Assembly (NCBI GenBank): GCA_038999435.1
Contig: JAVZYR010000007.1
Coordinates: forward strand, 1 to 23,684
Direction of reading: 5' to 3'
From: Candidatus Aenigmatarchaeota archaeon
GTDB taxonomy: Archaea > Aenigmatarchaeota > Aenigmatarchaeia > QMZP01
DNA: 23,684 bases
A program made the translations under genes and the position numbers. The notes below the pieces were generated by a model that was given only the letters and a program-made list of their open reading frames with translations, was not told the origin of the DNA and did not search any database. Within the stretch, counting starts at the first letter, position 1, and each line of letters begins with the position of its first letter. Shown one piece after another: positions 17,223 through 23,684 of this stretch.

Positions 17223-18650
17223 ATGAAAACCGCAATAGCATTTGTTGAAATCGGGAAATATGCTGTAGGCAAATTAGCTTCACATTCAGAAATAGAGCCA
17301 TTTGCAATAGAATACATTGGCGCTGCGGTAGAAAAAGCAGGCTATGATGTTGAGTTATTTCAGCAAAGGAATCAAAATATAGATCAATTGGTAGAAGAGA
17401 TTCTGCGGACAAATCCACAAATTGTGGGCGTTTCCTGCTACACCTATAAATTTCCAGATGCCTTAAAGCTTGCCAAAAATATAAAATCAAGGAATCCTGA
17501 TATAATCACAATTCTAGGGGGTTATCATGCAACAGGAATGCCTACAAACATTCAATATGGCAACTTTGATTTTTTTGTTATTGGAGAGGGCGAGGAAACC
17601 ATTGTTGAATTGCTGGAAAATATTAATAGGCCTGAAATTGTAAGAGGCATTGCCTATCTTAAAAATGGTGAAGTTAAAATCAATCCAAGAAGAGAAAGGC
17701 TTGATTTCTCTAAGTTGCCTTGGCCACTGCGCAAAAAGGAATTTTTGGAAGATACTGCCATAAAAGGGATAGTTGATAAAGAAAAAATTGCGCAAATTTC
17801 CTATTCAAGAGGGTGCCCTTCTGAATGCACTTTTTGCTGCTCTCCGGAGATGTGGCAAAATGCTGTCAAATTCAGAAATGCAGAAGATGTTGTCTCGGAG
17901 ATGAAAGAGATATCTAAGAATTATGGTGTCAATTATTTTTTCTTTGCAGATCTCACATTTAATGCATCAACAAAAAGGCTTTTTGAGCTGACAGAATTAT
18001 TGAAAAAGGAGGATTTTGAATGGTGTTGCATGCCAAGCCTCGAGAGAGACAATCTGGATGAATTTATGGTGCAGAATATGGCAGAAGCTGGCTGCAGAAG
18101 GATGATGCTTGGTGTGGAGTCAATTAATACAGAAGTACTACATTTTCTTGGGAAAAGGGCAATTTTTGAGAGAAACTTAAGATTTGATGAGATATATAAG
18201 GTATTTAGATTGTGTGACAAGTATGGAATTGTAAGCAGGGCTTTTTTGATGTTAGGAAATCCTAACGAGAAGCCAGATGATATAAAAGATTATCTAGAAA
18301 AACTAAAGATTCTTCTGCCTGATGAGATAAGGATCGCTATAACCACGCCATTGCCAGGCTCAAAGATGTATAATGAATTGGACAAGAATATATTATTGTA
18401 TAATAATTTTCCAGAAGACTGGGCGAGATTTTCCACGAATGAGCTTGTGTTTAGACATAAATATTTCAAAAAAGAAGAGCTTAATGAAGCAGTAAACTGG
18501 TTGTTTGATTCCTACTACCAGAGCAAAGAATATGGCAGACATCTTATGGAAAAATATAAAAAGCATATTGCTTTAAGGCCTGGAATAGAAAATTTTGTCC
18601 GTGATTGGCTGCGTGAAAAACAAAATATCAACGTGTATGGTTTTGATTAG
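17223..18650 (+). CDS. B12-binding-domain radical SAM protein (copy 2, paralog)
   Basis: PFAIEYIGA...PQIVGVS...GGYHAT...GEGE; SRGCPSECTFC; LGVES; TPLPGS. The ATG is 1 nt after the copy 1 stop. Confidence 0.92.
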   Translation: MKTAIAFVEIGKYAVGKLASHSEIEPFAIEYIGAAVEKAGYDVELFQQRNQNIDQLVEEILRTNPQIVGVSCYTYKFPDALKLAKNIKSRNPDIITILGGYHATGMPTNIQYGNFDFFVIGEGEETIVELLENINRPEIVRGIAYLKNGEVKINPRRERLDFSKLPWPLRKKEFLEDTAIKGIVDKEKIAQISYSRGCPSECTFCCSPEMWQNAVKFRNAEDVVSEMKEISKNYGVNYFFFADLTFNASTKRLFELTELLKKEDFEWCCMPSLERDNLDEFMVQNMAEAGCRRMMLGVESINTEVLHFLGKRAIFERNLRFDEIYKVFRLCDKYGIVSRAFLMLGNPNEKPDDIKDYLEKLKILLPDEIRIAITTPLPGSKMYNELDKNILLYNNFPEDWARFSTNELVFRHKYFKKEELNEAVNWLFDSYYQSKEYGRHLMEKYKKHIALRPGIENFVRDWLREKQNINVYGFD

Positions 18651-18791
18651 ATGTTGAAATTAAAGAAAATAGTGAAATCTATACTCGAGACCACAGCTCT
18701 GCTTATGGCCAAACTCTGCAATAATTCATCAAATTTTTGCGAGCCTATGCCTTGCGCTTCTAAAGTAATGAAATATAAATCTTGGTTCTAA
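18651..18791 (+). CDS. Possible 46-aa ORF abutting the rSAM-2 stop codon
   Basis: TAG is followed directly by ATG; the ORF reads MLKLKKIVKSILETTALLMAKLCNNSSNFCEPMPCASKVMKYKSWF*. It could be a chance ORF. Confidence 0.25.
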   Translation: MLKLKKIVKSILETTALLMAKLCNNSSNFCEPMPCASKVMKYKSWF

Positions 18792-18799
18792 TCATTTTT

Positions 18800-19381
18800 A
18801 TGCCAGAAAGGTCAACAGCAAGCAAAGTCAGAATCTCTGATATTATAAATGGCATGTGGGTTGATGAAGGTGGGCAAAGAATAAAAACGCCGTACGGAGA
18901 GATTATTGCCAGGGCCCGAATTTTAGGAACGATAGTGCAAAAATTTCAATCTGAAGATGGAAATTTTTCTACAATAACGCTCGATGATGGCACAGAAACG
19001 ATAAGGGCAAAGGTTTTCAAAGGCTCGAGAATGCTTGATAAATTTAATATTGGAGATGTTGTTGATTTGATAGGTAAAGTCCGAGAGTATGAAGGCGAAA
19101 CATACATTGCACCTGAAATCATACGAAAGATAGATGACCTAAATATGGAAAGCCTGAGAAGGCTCGAAATAATTGAAAAGATAGTCAATTTTAAACCAAG
19201 TGAGAGCCCTAAAGAAAGGCTCAAAAAGCAGATACTTGCTGCAATGGAACAGACAGGAAGCATCGAATATTCAGAACTTTTGAAGTTAGGACCAGAGAAA
19301 GAGGTTGAACAGGCTGTTAATGAACTGTTGGAAGATGGTATCTGTTACGAACCAGAACCTGGCAAAATCAGGAAAGTCTGA
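18800..19381 (+). CDS. RPA32/RPA2-like OB-fold plus C-terminal winged-helix ssDNA-binding protein
   Basis: ARARILGTIV, TLDDGTETIRAKVF, VDLIGKVREYEGE.YI.PE and C-terminal LLEDGICYEPEPG. Confidence 0.85.
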   Translation: MPERSTASKVRISDIINGMWVDEGGQRIKTPYGEIIARARILGTIVQKFQSEDGNFSTITLDDGTETIRAKVFKGSRMLDKFNIGDVVDLIGKVREYEGETYIAPEIIRKIDDLNMESLRRLEIIEKIVNFKPSESPKERLKKQILAAMEQTGSIEYSELLKLGPEKEVEQAVNELLEDGICYEPEPGKIRKV

Positions 19382-19412
19382 ATTGATTTAAAATTTAAAT
19401 CTCATTCAATTT

Positions 19413-21392
19413 ATGATAACCAAACTCAGGCTACAGGGATGGAAATCTCATCTTGATTCTGAATTTAATTTTAGGAGAGGTGTAAATGCACTTATAGGCA
19501 TTATGGGCTCTGGCAAGTCATCAGCGATAGAAGCAATATCTTTTGCACTTTTTGGCACATATCCAAATCTTCAGACAAGAAAGGTGAACCTTGACAAGAT
19601 TGTGATGAAGAGGCCGCAGCAACAGAAAAGGGCAAGGGTTGAGCTTGAATTTACAGCAAACGGAAAAAATTATAAAGTTGTTAGGATGATTGAGATAGGA
19701 AAGGGTACAACTGAGGCACAACTTTTGGAGGATGGAAAGATTTTAGATGTCTCACCTCAAGCAATTAACAAAGAGATAGAGCGCATTTTGGGTATGGACT
19801 ATGAACTTTTCTCAAGGGCTGTCTACTCTGAACAAAATGGAATAGACTACTTTCTAAGAATACCAAAAGGGCATAGAAAGGAGCATATAGACAGGATGCT
19901 AAGGCTTGATAGATTTGAAGCTGTGAGAGAATTAGCAACAACGCTTTTGAACAAAATAAAGACAGCCAGAGAAGATAAGATAGAAAACCTTGCTGAGCTT
20001 GAAAAGGAAAAAGTCGATGAAAAGTTATTGCAAACAAAAAGGGAGATAGATGAAATAAAATCTAAACTGGAAGAGAAAGAAAAGATTGCAAAAGAGATGG
20101 CAAAAATAAGAGAGGTGTTAGAAGCAGAATTGCACGAAGAGGAAGAAAGAGAAAAAAGAAGGGTAGAGATTGAGAAAAGGCTAGAGAGGCTAACATCAGG
20201 TATAGAAGAGGCTAAACGCTCATTGAAGCCTGTCAAGCCTGATATTAATTTTTTGCTTGAAAAGGCAAGGGAAAGATTAAAAGGCAAGGAATTAGAGCTT
20301 GATGAAACAAAAAAGGTCATAGATGAGAAAAGGTCTGCCATTGCAGAGATAGATGCAAAATTAGAATATATTCAAGAGAACAAGAAAAGGCTTGAGAAGG
20401 CTGGTACTATCTGCCCTGTTTGTGAAAGCCCATTGACTGAAGAAGGCAAATCAAGAATTTTGCAGGAAAAAGAAAAAAATAAAGCATCGCTGTTAGAAAA
20501 CAGGGAAAGACTGGACAAGGAGCTACAATCTGCCCTAATTAAAAAAGGCATGCTTGAGAGTGAAATAAAGCAAATAGAGGGTGAACAAAGACAGCTTGAG
20601 ATTGAAGCAAGAGAGGTAGAAAGACAAGAAGAGATAAAGGGAAGGATAAAATCTTATGAAGAAGAGATTGCAAGATTGCAAAAGGAGCTCAGCTTACTTC
20701 CAGAATCAAGAGAAAAAGATATAAGAAATAGGCTGCAGGATGCAATTGCAAATGAAAAGGAGGCACTATCGAATATAAAAACATACAGTGCGTGGCTTTC
20801 AGACAAGCAACGTGTGATGCAAGATTTGATTGAAAGAAAGCATATGATTGAAGGTATAAAGGCTGAGATCGAAAAGGAAAGAAAAATTGAGGAGAATATG
20901 GCAAAATTTATATCTGTGCTGAAAATGGTGCAAGAGAGGTTAAGGCAAGAATTTATAAAAAATGTGAACCTTCTCATGGAGCAGATATGGCCAGAGCTGT
21001 ACCCCTATCAGGATTTCGAATCAGTACAGCTTGTGGTAGATGATGATTATGTACTGCAAATAAAAGAGACAGGAGGGGCATGGATACCAATCGAAGGCAT
21101 AGCATCAGGTGGTGAAAGAAGCATTGCATGTCTTGCGCTCAGGATTGCATTCTCACATACCTTTGTGCCAAATCTAAAATGGCTTATACTCGATGAGCCA
21201 ACACACAACCTTGATAGCAATGCAATAGAAAAGTTTGCAACAATATTAAGAGAAAAGATGGACGAGTTTGCAGAGCAGATATTCCTCATCACACACGAAG
21301 AGCGGTTATGTGAAGGGGTTTCAGGAATGGTTTATAAATTGGAAAGAGAAAAAGGAGCAAATGGCGCGACTGTGGTAAAACAATATATATAA
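19413..21392 (+). CDS. rad50: Rad50-like SMC-family ATPase (short, 659 aa)
   Basis: Walker A GIMGSGKSS, Q-loop YSEQ, coiled coils with central zinc hook CPVC, signature ASGGE, Walker B LILDEPT and H-loop ITH. Confidence 0.9.
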   Translation: MITKLRLQGWKSHLDSEFNFRRGVNALIGIMGSGKSSAIEAISFALFGTYPNLQTRKVNLDKIVMKRPQQQKRARVELEFTANGKNYKVVRMIEIGKGTTEAQLLEDGKILDVSPQAINKEIERILGMDYELFSRAVYSEQNGIDYFLRIPKGHRKEHIDRMLRLDRFEAVRELATTLLNKIKTAREDKIENLAELEKEKVDEKLLQTKREIDEIKSKLEEKEKIAKEMAKIREVLEAELHEEEEREKRRVEIEKRLERLTSGIEEAKRSLKPVKPDINFLLEKARERLKGKELELDETKKVIDEKRSAIAEIDAKLEYIQENKKRLEKAGTICPVCESPLTEEGKSRILQEKEKNKASLLENRERLDKELQSALIKKGMLESEIKQIEGEQRQLEIEAREVERQEEIKGRIKSYEEEIARLQKELSLLPESREKDIRNRLQDAIANEKEALSNIKTYSAWLSDKQRVMQDLIERKHMIEGIKAEIEKERKIEENMAKFISVLKMVQERLRQEFIKNVNLLMEQIWPELYPYQDFESVQLVVDDDYVLQIKETGGAWIPIEGIASGGERSIACLALRIAFSHTFVPNLKWLILDEPTHNLDSNAIEKFATILREKMDEFAEQIFLITHEERLCEGVSGMVYKLEREKGANGATVVKQYI

Positions 21393-21413
21393 TTTATATA
21401 ACAAAGAAAGAAT

Positions 21414-21671
21414 ATGAAAGTTGATAGTTTGAAGCTTTTGGTCATAATACATGCAGCACTTGGCTTGATTATGGGATATATCAGCCTACTCCTTTCTGGA
21501 TACATTGGAAATCTTTTTACATGCATTGTATCTCTTGCACTGCTCATCCCTTTGAGATTTCTTTCAAAGATGATAAAGGTTGAGTCAAAATCGTGGATTG
21601 GTAATGGTGCAATTATCTATGTGTTTGTATGGTTCATAACATGGACTTATTTCTATAATGTTCTACGATAG
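21414..21671 (+). CDS. Small 3-TM membrane protein, archaeal EMC6-like (DUF5379-like)
   Basis: Three hydrophobic segments ending WIGNG..IYVFVWFITWTYFYN. Confidence 0.65.
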   Translation: MKVDSLKLLVIIHAALGLIMGYISLLLSGYIGNLFTCIVSLALLIPLRFLSKMIKVESKSWIGNGAIIYVFVWFITWTYFYNVLR

Positions 21672-21750
21672 TCAGTTCTAAATTGTTTAATGGTTAGAAT
21701 TTTTGAAAATATTTAAATAAAAAAATTAATAAAAATGATATAAGATAAAA

Positions 21751-23684
21751 ATGAAATACTTAAATCTATGTTGGATTTTGACTTTTTTAATTATCTTTAG
21801 TTATAGCATTAACGCAGATGTTTGTGAATGTAATGATTGTTCATCTTGTACTGATGCTTTGAATAATGAAAGCTGTACTGAGGTGAGGCTTACGGCTGAT
21901 ATAACGGATTATAATGAAAGATGCATAGATAATCCAGAAAATTTTACAGTCAAAACTTTTGATTGTCAAGGACATACAATTGATGGGACAGGCAGCAAGA
22001 TTGGTATTTATTTAATTACAAAAACAGACAACATAATTAAAAATTGTATAATCACAGATTGGAATACTGGAATTTATCTTGGTACTGGTAGTGATAGTAA
22101 CCAAATAATTAATAACAACATATCAAATTCTGTGGATGGCATTCGTATTGATTTTTCTTTGAACAACCAATTAATTAATAACGTTATAAGTTCAAATGTT
22201 AGATATGGGATTTATCTTGATGGATCGAATAACACCTCAGTTACAGATAATTCTGCTATAAACAATTTAGAAGGAGACTTTGGATCAGTAGACAATTCTT
22301 TAAATAACAGCGTTATTAATTTAAATATCGGTGGAACGCTTGTTAGTTTTGAATCTAAAGACATTATATTAAAAAATAGCACAAATCCAGGGAATTTGCC
22401 TGCTGGATTAGGGCATATTGGAAAGTTTATTAATGTAATAAATAATTCGGAAGATAGCTGGTTAGCACTAAATATTAGTTATTTAGATTCTGAATTGGGC
22501 GAGATTAATGAAAACACTTTAAGGATATGGAAAAATAATGGAAGTTGGTTTGAATGTACCACTTTCGCAAACAATTGCGGTATCGATAAAGTTAATAATG
22601 TAGTTTATGCAAATATAACAAATTTTGGGAGCATCTTTGCACCATTAGGAGAAATTGAAGGAAGCGGCATTTGTGAATGTAATGATTGTTCATCTTGTAC
22701 TGATGCTTTGAATAATGAAAGCTGTACTGAGGTGAGGCTTACGGCTGATATAACAGACTTATCAGAGACATGTATTAATAATCCTGAAAACTTTAGTAAC
22801 AAGATTTTTGATTGTCAAGGGCATATGATTGATGGGAGGGATTATTCAAATACCTATGGAATTTATTTACATGAAAAACAAAACAATACAATAAAAAATT
22901 GTGTGATTACAGACTTTCGGGATGGCATTTTTTTAAATCAATCATCGGGCAACAACGTGACAAATAACAACTTTAGTTCAAATTACATTGGAATTCGATT
23001 GCTCTATTCAACAAATAATATTTTGGTAAACAATACTGCCAATTTAAATGAATATGGAATCTTTTTAGCTTCTTCTTTAGATAACGATGTAAGGGACAAT
23101 ATTGCCAATTCAAATTCCTGGGATGGGATTTATTCTTACAATTCAACTTCAACAATAAATAACAATATTGTCTGCGGAAATGATTATTATGATTTTTATG
23201 CTTTTGATGATTGGCAATCAAGCTCAGGAGATAATAACGTATGTGATAAACCAGATGGATGGAACGATGAAGGAACAATAGGATGCACCTACTCTTGTAG
23301 TAGTGTCTGTTTTTGTAATTCGTGCTCATCTTGTGCCGATGCCTTGAATAATGAAAGCTGTATAGAAGTTAGGCTTACTACAGATATTATTAATTATACA
23401 AGCAGTTGCATTGACAATCCAAGATTTTTTGAAAACAAGACTTTTGATTGTCGAGGGCATATGATTGATGGCGACGATTCTGGAATGTATGGGATTTATC
23501 TTAATGGTAAAGATAATAATGTGATTAAAAATTGTATCATTAGTGATTTCATTTATGGAATTAATTTAGATAACTCTGGAAACAACACTATAGAAAATAA
23601 TTCCATTTCTAGTTGTACTGATACTGGATTGGTTGTTGGGGGAAATAATAATGAAATTAAGTTCAATACGATTTATAATAATCA
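21751..23684 (+). CDS. Secreted/surface protein with repeated Cys-rich cap plus parallel beta-helix (NosD/CASH-like) modules; 3'-truncated and absent from the ORF track
   Basis: The frame is open from the ATG at 21751 to the window end (~644 codons). Signal peptide MKYLNLCWILTFLIIFSYSINA. Three modules begin CxCxxCSSCxDALNNESC...FDCxGHxIDG and are followed by GIYL..N.I.NN repeats. Many N-x-S/T sequons. Confidence 0.9.
   Translation, partial: MKYLNLCWILTFLIIFSYSINADVCECNDCSSCTDALNNESCTEVRLTADITDYNERCIDNPENFTVKTFDCQGHTIDGTGSKIGIYLITKTDNIIKNCIITDWNTGIYLGTGSDSNQIINNNISNSVDGIRIDFSLNNQLINNVISSNVRYGIYLDGSNNTSVTDNSAINNLEGDFGSVDNSLNNSVINLNIGGTLVSFESKDIILKNSTNPGNLPAGLGHIGKFINVINNSEDSWLALNISYLDSELGEINENTLRIWKNNGSWFECTTFANNCGIDKVNNVVYANITNFGSIFAPLGEIEGSGICECNDCSSCTDALNNESCTEVRLTADITDLSETCINNPENFSNKIFDCQGHMIDGRDYSNTYGIYLHEKQNNTIKNCVITDFRDGIFLNQSSGNNVTNNNFSSNYIGIRLLYSTNNILVNNTANLNEYGIFLASSLDNDVRDNIANSNSWDGIYSYNSTSTINNNIVCGNDYYDFYAFDDWQSSSGDNNVCDKPDGWNDEGTIGCTYSCSSVCFCNSCSSCADALNNESCIEVRLTTDIINYTSSCIDNPRFFENKTFDCRGHMIDGDDSGMYGIYLNGKDNNVIKNCIISDFIYGINLDNSGNNTIENNSISSCTDTGLVVGGNNNEIKFNTIYNN
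21821..22754 (+). repeat. Exact 85-nt direct repeat (21821-21905 = 22670-22754); diverged third copy at ~23306-23390
   Basis: Base-by-base comparison shows the two copies are identical, including synonymous sites. Sequence immediately downstream of each copy diverges. Confidence 0.95.

Noticed and set aside
21821..22754. DGR template/variable repeat pair
   Set aside because: The copies are identical with no adenine-specific mismatches, both are in-frame coding, and no reverse transcriptase is in the window.
448..23329. Numerous 60-165 aa antisense or alternate-frame ORFs in the track
   Set aside because: They are shadows of well-supported genes and have no motifs.

Overview
Compact, AT-rich archaeal chromosomal window, most likely from a DPANN-type archaeon. 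This lineage call is an inference from the scattered ribosomal genes, form III RuBisCO, epsilon2-like EndA and very short intergenic gaps. It holds about 31 CDSs, mostly housekeeping: the 3' end of tRNA splicing endonuclease EndA, PolB, a Cys-free family-4-like UDG, an HhH glycosylase-like protein, DedA/VTT, YjbQ, IMPase, MAP-II, MGMT, rpl32e/rpl6, a PHP hydrolase, a histone-fold protein, site-2 protease, rps6e, an Isf flavoprotein, form III RuBisCO, an RPA32-like protein, a short Rad50 and an EMC6-like protein. The most notable items are not in the ORF track. (1) tRNA-Leu(GAG) at 9421-9644 is split by two non-canonical introns: 15 nt at 21/22 and 124 nt at 59/60. The long intron carries two copies of a 33-nt hairpin repeat. 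(2) A TrmB regulator is divergent from two tandem paralogous B12-radical SAM genes, with a palindromic operator candidate between them and a small Cys-containing ORF directly downstream. (3) There are two Cys-rich microproteins. (4) A secreted multi-beta-helix surface protein with an exact 85-nt internal repeat runs off the right edge. No integrase, transposase, cas gene or canonical CRISPR array was seen.
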